Positions 38,049 through 50,942 of a stretch of DNA of 64,000 nucleotides are shown here, piece after piece. The stretch covers positions 94,800,702 to 94,864,701 of the forward strand of contig NC_057718.1 in the NCBI RefSeq assembly GCF_004010195.1, in the 5' to 3' direction. The notes beneath the pieces were generated by a model, which had not been told where the DNA came from, made no database searches, and worked only from the letters and a program-made list of their open reading frames with translations. The position numbers and the translations under genes are program-made. Position 1 is the first letter of the stretch; each line of letters begins with the position of its first letter. The DNA is from Chiloscyllium plagiosum. Taxonomy: Eukaryota.

Positions 38049-38919
38049 TTATTCATTTTATTTTATTTGATTATTCTTCATTTTATTTGATTATTCCTTA
38101 GCTGAACTCCCACCCTTCAAGCTTTGTAAATTTCTGCACAAAAAACGCTCTGCTATCTCTAGCCCATCGTCATGATGTTCTCACCTCCCCTCACCAGCTT
38201 CCTGCGAGCCTGCCTTAGTCCCTGAACTTCCAATGGCTCAAATTTAAAATCCCCCATCCTCTTCAACTGAACATAACCTCGGACCCCTCAATTTCTTTGT
38301 GACTGCCTTGTAACTAGAGAAAAAAAAACACATTCTTCCACTCTATATTCTTGTAGGTCCCTACCTCCCTTTTCTCCAGCATTTAACCACCCAGTCCTTC
38401 TGTTTTGCAATCTATTTTTAATCCTTCTTTCTCTTAAATCCTGTCCATCTGTAAAATCCACACTGTCAATGAAAGTTTTGCTTGTATCTCCTATTAAATC
38501 TTTCTTTAGTTAAATGTCCGTTCATATGACGGTTTTTTTGGAGGTAAGGTTTAATGAATATGTAGACAAGCCTCTAAGGTAAACTGCAACATATCTATGA
38601 TCTCAGTAGTCATGTGCTAGTTGTAGTACTCTGTTAGAACCAGTATAGAACAGAGCATTCCGTTGTGTAAACCTCATCATTTACAGCCCATTCATAAATA
38701 CTGTTTAGAAGTAACCTAGAAATCTCACCTAATCTTGCATGAGGCTGCAAAAAAACACCAGGTTAGAATACTTTTTGAAACACATTTTGGGCCATTCTCT
38801 CTGTTAAAAGTGCTAGAGAAGTACAATTTGTTGTTGTTAATTTGCCACTCCCATCCAGGCGAGTGTGCCTAAGATGTATAACGATACTCTTACACAATGT
38901 ACACAGCTTTGAACATATG

Positions 38920-39975
38920 TGGCAATCCCACAGTGTGGGAATAGGCCATTTGGCCCAACAAGTCCACATCGACCCTCCAAAGAGTACCCCACCCAAACCC
39001 ATTCCCCTGAATGATGCACCTAGCCTACACACCCTTGAACATTATGGGCAATTTCCCATGGCCAATCCATCTAACCTGCACGTCTTTGAATTGGTCGTGA
39101 AAGCAGAGAGGACAGCACTTTTTAAAAACAACTTTGCAAATTGGAGTTTGATTAAAACCAATCAATCATAACAATAAATGCAACATTAGCTCACCAACTT
39201 TTTTGGTTTATGGCTCTACCTGTCCATATTCTCAACATTTTAAAAGTGTCTGTCTTATTACATCGAAAGCTGCAACACAAAAGAAAGACCAGCAGCATTT
39301 CTTCAATCCTGTCATACAGAACTCAATCAATTCCTCTGTTATCTATAGAATAATAGAATCACAGAATCCTTACAGTGTGGAAACAGGCCCTTCAATCCAA
39401 TAAGTCCACATCGACCCTCCGAAGAGTAACCAACCCAGACCCATTCACCTTACTCTATTATCCTGTAATTACCCTTGACTCGTGCACCTAACCTACACAT
39501 CCTGAATACTATGGGCAATTTGGCCTGGCCAATTCAGCTAACCTGCACATCTTTGGATTGTGAGAGGAAACCGGAGCAACTGGAGGGAACTCACGCAGAA
39601 ACGGGGAGAATGTGCAATCATTTTTAGTTATTTGGGAAAATTAGGAAAATTAGCTACTCATGGTGGCTCAGTGGTTAGCACTGCTACTATTCAGCGCTCG
39701 GGATCCGGGTTCAATTCCAGTCTCGGGCGGCTGTCTGAGTAGAGTTTGTACATTCTCCCTGTGTCTGCGTGGGTTTCCTCTGGATGATCCAGTTTCCTCC
39801 CACAATGTAAAGACATGGAAGTTAGGTGGATTGGCCATCGGAAATTGTCCATAATCTTCAGGGGTATGTAGGCTAGGTGCATCATTCAGGGGAATGGGTC
39901 TCATGGGATACTCTTTGGAGGGTCAGTGTGGACTTGTTGGGCCAAATGGCCTGTTTCCACACTGTGGTGATTCGA
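38920..39975. mobile_element. Cluster of three HE1-type SINEs: 38920-39090 (-), 39347-39617 (-), 39660-39975 (+)
   Basis: Recognisable SINE bodies and tails. Confidence 0.9.
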
Positions 39976-40723
39976 TGACAACTTTTGATCATTTGAACTT
40001 CTTTCCACATTTTTAACTGTAGACTTTCTCCACTCTCTCCTAAATTTATGGGACTCCATTAAAGCCAATTGCCCACCGATTCCTCAACCTCATCTTCGTT
40101 GTTTATGTGTCGCCTAGACAATGGTAACTCTCACATTAACCAAAGCCATGAGACCACAGGGGAAACTTCCACAGTCTGTTCTGACCCTATCCTTCCCAGA
40201 TTTCCACTCAAGAACAGCTTGCATGGCAGTAGCTAAGAGATTGCAACCAAGGACAGGATTTCAGGCTGAATTCTTTATTTTGCTCAGACTAAGAGCATTG
40301 TGGTTGGTTATAATGCATGGTTGCCGCTGTGGCTGAGATTGTACAAGACATTACGGTCAAGGACTTGCCCACAGCAAAGGTGCACCATCCATCTGGTTAA
40401 TCACCCAGGTTTGACAGTAGACATTTCACAGTTGTGATATTTGAAGGGAAGATTGGAAAATTCACATTTTGGACTTTGAAGAGAATTGTGCACAGACTTA
40501 AGATGTTTTGATGCATTAAAATGTAAAAAATAAATAATAGAGGTTTTCAATCTGAAATTAAAAGCGGGAAACGAGTTGCAAAGGAGAGGTTAAACTTGAA
40601 GGAATGCAACACAATGCAGGAGAATGACCTCATAAGGATAGCCACGGTAAGACAAGCTGCCTGCATATATGCAGTCTCTAAGATAAATGGGATTTATTTA
40701 TGTAACAAAATATTTTGTTTAAT

Positions 40724-41105
40724 GATTTGGAGGTGCCGGTGTTGGACTGGGGTGTACAAAGTTAAAAATCACACCACACCAGGTTATAGTCCTTCAGGTT
40801 TATTTGGGAGCACTCGCTTTTGAAGCGCTGCTCCTTCATCAGGTGGTTGATGCCTTTCTTTGCAGAACTATTTTGCAGAATTATTAGATGATGCACAGAT
40901 CTATCTTTAAGTAAGCCTTTTACTGGTTCATTCTGAAACTGATCTATTTTTTGCAAGTTCAGCAATGGCTCAGAACCCCAGTGGTACTTTACATTGACGT
41001 TAAGGGAGGTGACTTATGGGAACAACCACCTGATGAAGGAGAAACGCTCCAAAAGCTGGTGCTTCCAAATAAACCAGTTGGACTATAACCCGGTGTTGTG
41101 TAAAT
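40724..41105. mobile_element. PLE family B fold-back insertion with two opposed hammerhead motifs and a ~170-bp spacer
   Basis: ctccttcatcaggtggttg (40831-40849) is inverted to caaccacctgatgaaggag (41023-41041); imperfect flanking repeat attttgttt(c)aat. Confidence 0.8.
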
Positions 41106-41779
41106 TTGATTTTGTTTCAATTATGAAGAACAGTTGTATATGACTCAAAGCATTATTATATTTCTATCTTCACAGATGCTGGAGGACATGTTGAATTTCT
41201 CCAGAGCTCATTGCTTTTCATTTCAGCGTTTTAGCATCCATAGTGTTTAATTTTTATTATCTCTAACTACTTGAGTATCAACCTCAACTGATACAAATAT
41301 TCCATCAGCATCTTAACACAGAACCTCCATCTGCTTTCTGTGAAACTTGGAGGACAATTCATTTGAAAGGATAAGTCATTTCAGCTTCAGAGCTCATATA
41401 GTCTCCATGTCAACCATAGATCCATGACAACATGTTCTCTTAAGGTCTTCACTAGTGCAATTTATTCCTTTTAACCAGATAAATCTACACCATAAAAGGA
41501 TATTCAGAAGCAACTGTTACCCAATATCACAAAGAATTGATTTTTTTTTCTCACATCCTCAGTGGCACAATGACAATGTCAAAGTTGTATATCATTAGTC
41601 GGAATCAAGCCTTCTTTCTTAAAATTGTTGTATCAGTCACACTCAAATTCTGTACCTTTATGAAATTTCCACAGAAGCTCTCTGTCCTTTATATAATTTC
41701 ACCCCAGACTTTATCTTAGAAATCAAAACCAATTATTGGAACAACTCCAATTAAAATTAAATGGGTGTGACCATTAGAC

Positions 41780-42169
41780 ACCTGGACAGAAGAGATGACC
41801 TGGGGGTTGCAGTGAGAGAGAGACTCACTGACATTCTTGTAGAGAGAGGAGGAAAACTTCTTCAAGGCAGGCATCCTTGCAAGAGGATTCACAGTAAGGT
41901 TAAAATCAACGAGGTAAAAACAAGGACTGCAGATGCTGGAAACCCAAGTCTGAATTAGAGTGGCGCTGGAAAAGCACAGCAGGTCAGGCAGCACCCAAGG
42001 AGCAGAAAAATCAACGATTTGGACAACAGCCCTTCCTTTCCTGATGAAGGGCTTTTGCCTGAAACATCGATTTTTCTGCTCCTTGGTTGCTGCCTGACCT
42101 GCTGTGCTTTTCCAGCGCCACTCTAATTCAGACTCTGGTTTCCAGCATCTGCAGTCCTTGTTTTTACCT
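41780..42169. mobile_element. PLE family A palindromic insertion including a putative ORF start
   Basis: ~125-bp inverted arms (about 41912-42035 and 42046-42169); the left arm extends into MPALKKFSSSLYKN on the minus strand. Confidence 0.85.
42037..42072 (+). ncRNA. Minimal hammerhead ribozyme motif (PLE family A), core intact
   Basis: UC-CUGAUGA-A-GGGC(UUUU)GCCU-GAA-ACAU-C-GA. Confidence 0.75.
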
Positions 42170-42726
42170 AGACAGAAGTCCAAGTTGACCCAATGGGGTC
42201 TTCAAATTACGAAAGATTCTGATAGAGTGGATACAGAGGGAATGATGGAACGTTCCCAACCACTGGATGATGTGAACGAGAATGCTGGGAAAATTAGCTG
42301 AGATATAGTAAGGGCATTCTGGGTAACAGGATCAAAAAACTTTTATTCTCCAACCAAATGTTGAACTGCGAAATGAGGGCCTCGCTAGAGAGGCAAGAGG
42401 TCTATTTGCATGGATTATCACTGATTATCATCCTCATTACTAACAAATCACGTATCATTAATATGTGGTTTCCCATTCTCCTACCCTTTCATTGTAATGC
42501 TCCTACCACTTTGTGTGAAGGGTTAGGCTTCAATTCGTGGATCAAACCAAGGTGCATCTCCAAACACCTCGCTCACACACTTAGAACTCACTCACTTTGT
42601 ACCTGCTTGAATGCTCGAAGCCTATCTGCTTTGCATTGCCTTTTTGTGGTCTACCCCTCAGCCAGATCTTGAATGTTCACTGTACTTTTGACTTGTGTTG
42701 CCTTCCTTGCAGACTTAAAGCCAGGC

Positions 42727-43267
42727 ATGATTCGGAGACGCCGGTGTTGGACTGGGGTGACATTTTTTTGTACTTGCAGAGTTACATTGCACTTTGCTCA
42801 AAAACTGCATACATTCATGTAGAACTCAGAGCTCAAAAACTGCATGAATTTATGTAAAACTGCATGAATTTATGTAAAAGTGTTATCTCACTTTTTAGAT
42901 TGGAATCAATCTAAACATCAGGTCATAGACAGAGAACACAGAGGGCTAACACCTTCAACATATTGTCTAGCTATCACCATTGTTAACAGCTAACCCGAGA
43001 ATGCAACTTTTAAAAAAAGGGTTTTGTGATTTACACATGAAAGAAGTGAAACTATCACTGTATTCTAACAGATGAAAGGCTTAACAGACAATCAATTCTT
43101 CAATGTATAATTTCAGTTACATCACACTGCAAATTTTTGCTATAAATTCTGTGTTACGATTGAGCCCTCCACAATCACCTGATGAAGGAGCATCGCTCCA
43201 AAAGCTCGTGTGCTTCCAATTAAACCTGTTGGACTATAACCTGGTGTTGTGTGATTTTTAACTTTGT
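42727..43267 (+). mobile_element. PLE family B 3' UTR and terminal repeat with a short inverted 5' arm
   Basis: Related to 31010-31486; contains a 20-bp tandem repeat aaaactgcatgaatttatgt (about 42836-42879). Confidence 0.8.
43176..43210 (+). ncRNA. Minimal hammerhead ribozyme motif (PLE family B), G12-to-A
   Basis: CAC-CUGAUGA-A-GGAGC(AUC)GCUCC-aAA-AGCU-C-GUG. Confidence 0.7.
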
Positions 43268-43590
43268 AATGCCATGCAGTTTGTCAAAGTGATCAGTCAA
43301 GGGGCTGGGTGTGTTGCTCTGCAGTTCTGTGTGACATAGTTTCACACCTGTACTATCTGTGCCAGGCTCAAATGCACCAAACACATTGAATGTGCTTCAA
43401 CTAAATGGATTGTCTCAAAGTCTGATGGAAGTTGTCCTCAGTCAAGTTAAGAGAGACACCCTCCAAGCAGGGGCATAGTATATCAATCTTATAGCTGTCC
43501 ACGGGCATGGGCATGGTCAGTCAGTCTTTCAGAGCAATCAGGGTCAGGATGACCCCCCCAAAGTGGGTGAGAAGCCGAATGTTGGGACTG

Positions 43591-43832
43591 GCTTAGTGGT
43601 GCTGGAAAAGCACAGCAGTTCTGGCAGCATCCGTGGAGCAGTAAATCGACGTTTTGGGCAAAAGCCGAGATTTTATCTCTCCACCCTTCAGGCACTCTGC
43701 CTGTATTCCTGATGAAGGGCTTTTGCCCAAAACGTCGATTTTACTGCTCCTCGGATGCTGCCTGAACTGCTGTGCTTTTCCAGCACTACTAATCCAGAAT
43801 CTGGTTTCCAGCATCTGCAGTCATTATTTTTA
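43591..43832. mobile_element. PLE family A fold-back insertion with 16-bp TSD; hammerhead at 43709-43740
   Basis: TSD CCGAATGTTGGGACTG at 43575-43590 and 43833-43848; inverted arms. Confidence 0.9.
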
Positions 43833-44164
43833 CCGAATGTTGGGACTGTCATTACCCATCTTGATTCATTCTGTCCAACTGTGGGCTGTTTTTGTCTGGA
43901 ATAAGGGAGAGAATGAGTGTGATGAGGGAAGTGGTTGCACATCTGTTTGTGCTGGTGTGGGTGAGGGAAAGGTGGTGACTTGGCTCGAATGAGTGAGTGA
44001 GTGAGTCAGAGAAGCAGAAGGTGATGGAAGGTTTAGTGATGGGGAGGGGAATGACAGCGAGTGGTGAAAATTGTTGCAGGCAATAGTGAGAGTGGTAGAT
44101 GATGAGTTGAGAGGTTGGTGTAGTAAGAGATTGAGTGAGTGTGAAGTCACAGAAAAAAGTTGAC

Positions 44165-44410
44165 ACCTCTTACCCTGGCAGACCGGAGAATGTCATTGAC
44201 CAGCTTTGACGTTGCTCCAAACAGATCAGGCCACGTTGGCCTAAATGACATCCTTGGACTCTGCTGGATGATGCAGAGTAAGTCTGGTGTCTTGGCCTCC
44301 TTTGGAGGTCCTACGGAAAGAGGTCAGCCCTCTTTTGCATTATCCATCCAGTAAGACCTCCAGGCCCCTATCCTCAAAGACAGCGCCAATTCCCCTTTAG
44401 CTGCAATGTC
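44165..44410 (-). pseudogene. Decayed Myb/SANT-like gene fragment of a PIF/Harbinger transposon
   Basis: Frameshifted minus-strand reading KGELA..FEDRGLEVLLDG.MQKRADLFP*DLQRRPRHQT...VNDILRSAR followed by a GTAAG donor. Confidence 0.55.
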
Positions 44411-44529
44411 TGGGGCAAATGTCACGAACCCATAGGGGCAGCTCTAGGCAGCAAGCAACGGTCTTTTAAAAACAGCTCAAGTGCCAGGAATCCCTAAAGG
44501 TTCCAATACTATTGAATACTTCTGTCTAA

Positions 44530-45650
44530 GGCGAATGGGAGAATTTGGCTAGGATCAGGTAAGTGAGTGACTGCCCTTGACATCAAGGCTACATTTGCCC
44601 GAGTGTGGTGTCAAGGAGCTGTAGCACAACTGGAGTCATTGGGAATCAGGGAGGATCTGTCCACTGTATGGAGTCATGGAAAAAAATACAATGGCTGTTG
44701 GAGGTGGGCTAATCTCTGCAGGAGTTCCTTCGGGTAGCCCTTCAGCTGCCTCAGCATGCCTCTTCTCGTGATCATAAAGTCAGAAGTGGGGATATTTGTC
44801 AACCTTTGCAGAATGTCCAGCACTCTTTGCACCATAATACTGAAGCAGTCGATGGCCAGATGCGGCAAGACCTGGACAGTATAATAATAAATGGCAAGAA
44901 ACATTCATGGCACACAAGTGCCGCGAAATAACTATCTGCAACAAGAGAAATTCTAACCATCACCCCTTGACCTTCAATGGCATCGCCATCACTGCATCCC
45001 ACACTATCAACAGCCTTGGGAGTTACCTTTGACCAGAATCTGAAATTGGTGAGCCACATAAGTACTGTGGCTACAAGAGAAGATTACAGGCTAGTGGCGA
45101 GTAACTCTCCCCCTGATTACCACAGAGCCTGTCGCGCCAACGGCAAGGCACAAGTCAAGAGTGGGATGAAATGTTCTCCTCTGACCTGGATGGGTGCAAC
45201 TCCAAACACACCTGAGAAGCCTGACATCATCCACGACAAAGCAGCCCGCTTGATTGACACCATATCCACAAGAATCCACTCCCTCCAGCACCGACGCTCA
45301 TTAGCAGAAGTGGGTATTGTCTGTAAGATATGCTGCAGAAATTCCATCATGGATCCTTAACCCACACCTTCCAAAGCCCACAGCTACTAACACCTAGAAG
45401 CACAAGGACAGCCGATACATAGGAAGACCAGCGCTTGTAAGTTCTCCCCAGATCACTCACCATCCCGGCTGGGAAATATATCACCATTCCTTCACTGTCA
45501 TTGAGTTAAAGTCCTGAAACTCCCTCCCTGATGGCATTGTGGGTCTACCTAGGTCAGATGGATTGCAACAGTTCAACAAGACAGCTCTCCACCGTGTTCT
45601 CGAGGTCAAATAGAGATGAGCAATAAATGCTGGCCCAGCCAATGAGAATA
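44530..45650 (+). mobile_element. LINE family-2 (CR1-clade), RT to 3' end
   Basis: LGVTFDQNLKLVSHI...KAQVKSGMKCSPLTWMGA; family-2 tail ending in aataaa. Confidence 0.8.
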
Positions 45651-47469
45651 AAAACAATGCACAAACCGATACTTAAGAATTGGCAGTCATTGATCAGTAG
45701 CATCTGGTGCTTGCTTCTCTGAGTTAGTGAGGCATTGTGCCCCTTTGGATTTTCTCCCATCTCATTCTGTCTCAGTTCCTGTCTTCAAACTGTCCAAACA
45801 CTTTAGTTTGTTGAGGAGCCAATACCCTTGCCTTGTAAGATCCTACTGATTTGCAGGTAACGTAATTGACACATCCAGAAGAGAAAACCAGTAAAAATAA
45901 GGAATACTTGAAAATGAATGTTATTCTGTGTTTCTGTTCTGAAGTTTACAAAACAAGTCAGACCATTTGCCAATTGACTTGGTTTTCCATTCTGGGATTG
46001 ACTTCATCATGAATCCACAGTCTGCATTTTGATCTGGATAATGAGAGTTTGCTTACAGTATCGCCTCATAACTGCACAAAACGGAGTTTCAAAACAAGGT
46101 ATTATAGGAGGCCAGCTGAAAAAGCTAAATTAATTTTATTTCAAGAGTTTATTTCATTATATAACAAGAAATGGTTTAAAAGAGTACCTTTGAGAATTTA
46201 ATGATTTCTGAAAGCTCATTATTTTTGTGTGATGCACCAACGGAAGTGCAGCTGTTATTCTTCGATTCAATAGAGGCTCCAGAATTAGAAGGTGATGTCA
46301 AAGACCCTTAGCAAGCTGCTGCCATGCATTTGTGAAGTGTACACATTGAAAGTGAATAAAAGTATTGGGAGCATTTGATGCTGGAGAGAATGTAGGTTCT
46401 GAAGACCTGGTAACAATGACAGCCCTGGCTCCAAAAGCACAATAAGAAAATTAATGGAATATTTTTGAAGGCTAGAATCAAATGGCATTCTGCTGTAAAC
46501 ATTGTCACATTTCTCTGAAATTTGTATTAGATTGAAACAGCCAGGAGGAGTTTTTGTGCATGATGTTGGATCAATTCTGTTTTGGAACTTTTAGCTTATC
46601 ATGTTAAGCAGTGGCAAATCTCACACCCCCTCCCCCCACCCCACCCCCACCACCGCCTTCTCCCCAATTCCCACCGTGAATGAGGAACTAGCCACAGCAC
46701 TTCAAAAGCACCATAGCAAGCGCCAGGAGCAAGGTACTTTGCAGATCTAAGAAAATATTATGAACAGTGTTTCTGATTGGCAAGAGTGAGACAGATTGGA
46801 ACTGCTGAAAATGTCAAGCTGTGCTCAATTATAAGCTGATATACGTTAAAAAGGTTACTCTTTAAAAGTAAAATTATTGCTTTTCACTCGATTCCACTTG
46901 CAATACTGCTGCGAAATAGTAAAGTATGTGGAAGGACTAAGAATTACTTTCAAGAGGATATTTTTTTCATACATTGAAAATTTCCCATCATTTATGTTCA
47001 TCGCAGCATTATTTTCTGAACCTTCTCCTATTGTGATCTTATTTTGGTGCCTCAAAGGTTGCTGGGACATCAGGCCTATGGGAGCAGGCAGGGAGCATGG
47101 TGAGATGCCCGTGTCAGTGGGAAATGCCTGTCATTGTGGTAGGAGAGGGGAGATACCTATAAGAGATGGGAAGGTAGGTATGAGGTGATGCCTGAGAGAC
47201 TGGGCAGTGCGGAGGGAAGTTGTGGGAGTGTGATTGGGCATCGGTGAGAGCAGCATGAGGGAAAACTGTTTACTCAACAGTGTTTATAAGTAGAAAACAT
47301 CCACCTTCCTGTGAGGATCTTTTAGGACAGGATTCAGGTCATCAAGATCAGGCAGTTAGGCCACTCTTACTATCAAAAAACCTACACAAATTAAAGGAGC
47401 CTTGTCACTGGTAGCACTTGGTTGGAGAGTTGTTGTTGTGTGGGAGCTCAAGATTTTGGCTGTCGACCT

Positions 47470-47800
47470 TAAAGGTCATGACCAACCCTTTGGAAATCCC
47501 TGCACGCGGGTAATAAGGAGGAGGGAAGTTGGCCAACGATCTGTGTCACAAGGTTAAAGATTCCTCTCTCACTGTGAGCACAGGGTCTCCAATGGTGCTC
47601 CATGCTGTGATGTTCATCAGTGCCTCTTGGCCAAAGCCATGTCCTTGCACAACAGTAGGCCTGCAATCACCAAACCCATGTTGTCCACCATATTAAGTAT
47701 CTGGTGTGACCAGGGTGAGTTCTTGTCATGACACACGAGTGTAATGGATTCCACAGATGGACATTCTGCGTCAATTTTACAATGCAAGTTTGACATTGAT
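47470..47800 (-). mobile_element. Possible LINE C-terminal zinc-knuckle relic (RTEX/I-like)
   Basis: RTHPGHTRYL..W...C...SMEH pattern across frames. Confidence 0.35.
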
Positions 47801-47925
47801 TGGAGGTATTTAGGTGTATGCAGTGGTAGAGTGTTTTCACTGATACCTCTATTTGTATAGAGAGCATCCTAATGCAGCATCTGTGAATTTCACCTGGAGT
47901 GGAAGGAAAACATCTGTCGGTGCCA

Positions 47926-48194
47926 TTGGGAAAAGATATGAAAGGGAGCTAAGAGGCAACCTTTTCATGCAGAGGGTGCTGCATGGATGGAATGATCTAC
48001 CAGAGGAAGTGGTGAAGGCTGGGACAATTACAACATTTAAAAGGCATGTGGATGGGTTCAGTAATAGGAAGGGCTTAGAGGGATAAGGATAAATGCTGGC
48101 AAATGGGACTAGATTAATCTTGGATATCTGGTCAGCATGAGCAGGTTGGACTGAATGGTCTGCCTCTGTGCTGTACATCTCTATGACTCTATGA
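47926..48194 (+). mobile_element. CR1 3' end
   Basis: GKRYERELRGNLFMQRVLHGWNDLPEEVV; ctctatgactctatgac tail. Confidence 0.9.
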
Positions 48195-49164
48195 CATGGT
48201 GTAAATACTTACTTTGATACTCACACTGTTGAATGTTAGCTCACGTTGGGTCTCAATGGGCTGCTCATTGTCACCACCTGACTCTCTAGCCAGGCTAGAA
48301 CTTCAGTGGGTCTTGCCTTTAAACCATGTAGTTCACTGTTTCGGTGTTTAAAATGCTGCATCTTAGTTTGTAGCCACTCATGGCATCAAACCATTTGTTT
48401 TGCTCTTTGCTTTTTGCAATGACTTCTGATGTTGCATGCCTTGCATATTACATTAACAACTGGGCAGATTCTGTGTGCATATATGAGGCTGCACCACCTG
48501 CATTGTTTAAGGGACTTGCTATCTCCCAAAGGCAGATATATTACACTCTTTCAACCCACATGCCTTCGCAATTGGGTCTGTTTTGTAGTTGTTCTTCCAC
48601 AGTATAATCTTTGAGGTGATCCAAGATGTCTCCTTCAAATGTTTCCATTGGGATAGATGTTAACATGAGCTTGATTATTCTGTTGGCTAGCTCTGTTTGC
48701 AGTGAAATCGCAATCCTGCCCCTTATCTCTGCATCTACCTATGATTCAGTCAATGCTAACTAAAAAGGCCTGAGCTCTGGATAACATAATTTGGAACTGA
48801 GCTTAACTCTCATTTGATCTTCAGGTTGTGACTAGATCTGACCTGGATCTTTATGATGGTTGTTGGACAGACCTGACTTGATCAATCCTCATTGCTGGGA
48901 GCAATTTTAATTTTAGTGGCTTGTTTATTTGATTCAGAAGTATTGGAAAATATGGTTCAATACCTTGTCAGAACACTATAAATGTGATTGGAGATCTGTT
49001 GCTTTCCAACTGAAGGTTGACTGCAGCTTTTAATGCTATCTGGAGCTTTTAATAGCTATTCAGGTTTCTTCCAGTTCATTTAGAATCAACTTTGCTTTGA
49101 TTTACAGAATGTTTAATAGCTACTGCCTCATCATCGAGGTGTAGGTTATAGTTTGACTTCCGTC

Positions 49165-49370
49165 ACACTATAACCTGCACATCCCTGAACACTATGGGGC
49201 AATTTAGTATGGTCAATTCACCTAACCTGCATAGTTTTGGATTATGGGAGGAAACCCACACAGACACGGGAAGAATGTACAAACTCCACACAATCACCTG
49301 AGGCTGGAATCAAACCTAGATCCTTAGCACTGTGAGGCAGCAGTGTTAACCACTGGCCCACTGTGCTGCA
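49165..49370 (-). mobile_element. HE1-type SINE, 5' and central part
   Basis: Antisense head and central domain. Confidence 0.85.
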
Positions 49371-49719
49371 CCACAACTTCTGTTCCTGAATAAACTTTAC
49401 ATCACGTAGATTACTAAACCCTTCCACCTAAATTTTACAATCAAATCTTCAAAACTGTTTCCATTTTATGGAAGGTACTCTTTAAAAAAAGTTTTCAGAA
49501 ACGACAAGCTACCAGCATGATACAGTCTTCTCTTCGAAGCAAACATATCATTCACACAAAGGGATTGGTGGAACAGTTATGTAGGTTCTCTATGAGAAGT
49601 TAAAACTATTTACAGATAACGCTCACTGAGAGCCAAGCATTGTACATCTGATCTCCATCGCTGCTGCTCCAATCTGCCTGTACGTCATGACGTGAATGCT
49701 GTTGCAGCACATAAAGACT

Positions 49720-49925
49720 AGGGATTGATTAGCTCAGTTGGCTAGATAGCTGGCTTATGATGCAGATTGATATGGACAGTGTGGGTTCAATTTCTCCACC
49801 AGCTGAGGTTACTATGAAGATCCTGCCTTCCCAACCTTAACCTTGTCTGAAACATAGTGACTATCAGATTAAACCACAACCAGTTACCCCTCGTTAATGG
49901 GTGTGCAGGAAGTTGGCAACTTTAC
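49720..49925 (+). mobile_element. tRNA-derived SINE, family 2
   Basis: TTAGCTCAGTTGG A box and GGGTTCAATT B box. Confidence 0.65.
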
Positions 49926-50104
49926 CTATGTAAGCATTGGCAATAACTTCAAATATACTTTCCCAAGGTGCATACAAATCAAATTATATTTCTAATTGGC
50001 AAGAGTGAGACAGATTTGAGACTTTGGAAAATGTCAAGTTATGCTAATTATAAACATGACGTACATTTAAAAAGGTTACATTTTAAAAATCAAATGATCA
50101 CTCG

Positions 50105-50290
50105 TAATCAAAAAGAACTGCAGATGCCAGAAATCAGAAACAAAAGCAGAAATTGCTGGAAAAACTCAGCAGGTCTGGCAGTATCTGTGGAGAGAAAACA
50201 GAGTTAACGTTTCGGGTCCAGTGACTCTTCTTCAAAACATGTTTAACTCACATCGGTTGATTTTGTCTAGCAATTTCTGTTTTTACTTTA
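50105..50290 (-). mobile_element. PLE family E terminal repeat with hammerhead (50203-50238) and a short inverted arm
   Basis: Reverse complement reads GUU-uUGAAGA-A-GAGUC(ACUG)GACCC-GAA-ACGU-U-AAC. Confidence 0.75.
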
Positions 50291-50619
50291 CATTCATAGG
50301 TTAGTTATCAACTTGTAAATCCTTTCCAGATGCTAATGGCATGCACTAAGAGTGAGAGAATCTCTCTGTCTATCAAACGTGATGAGGAACTGTACTCCTC
50401 AAGCTCTTCCCTCTCGTGACAGAATAGTGGTGACCCATTCCAGAGAAATCATAAAGAAAATTAGTACATTCTTATAACAAAGGTAAGACACCACAGATGC
50501 TGGAAGTCTGAAACAAACACAGAGAATGGTAGATATATATTTGTTGGACAAGGGTATTAAGGTTTTAAGACCCGAAGTGAACCATTGGAGGTAATATTCA
50601 GAACAGACATGAACTAATT

Positions 50620-50942
50620 GGGATAGCACTGTGGCTCAGTGGTTAACACTGCTGTCTCACAGTGCCGGGGACTCGGGTTCGATTCCACCCTCAGGTGATC
50701 ATCTGTGTGGTGTTTGCATGCTCTCCCTGTGTCCTCCAGGTCCTCCAGTTTTCTTCTACTGTCCAAAGATGTGCAGGTTAGGGTGGCTTGACCATGCTAA
50801 ATTACCCATAGTGTCCATGGGTGTGCAGGCTAGGTGGGTTAGCCACAGGAAATGTGGAGTGACAGGGATTGGGTGGGGATGCTCTTTGGAAGGGCAGTGT
50901 GAGTCAAATGGCCTGCTTCCACAATGTAGGGAATCTATGATT
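50620..50942 (+). mobile_element. HE1-type SINE nested in a decayed PLE family E fold-back (about 50480-51062)
   Basis: SINE with GGTTCGATTCC B box; flanks read 'cagatgctggaagtctgaaacaaacacagagaatg' and 'ctccagcattctctgtgtttgttt'. Confidence 0.8.

Larger units (their letters stand above)
36900..38450 (+). mobile_element. Highly decayed L2-like LINE relic with nested insertions
   Basis: 'FDIADHITLLH' and 'GPILF'-like RT remnants; C/T-rich L2-type 3' sequence. Confidence 0.5.
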
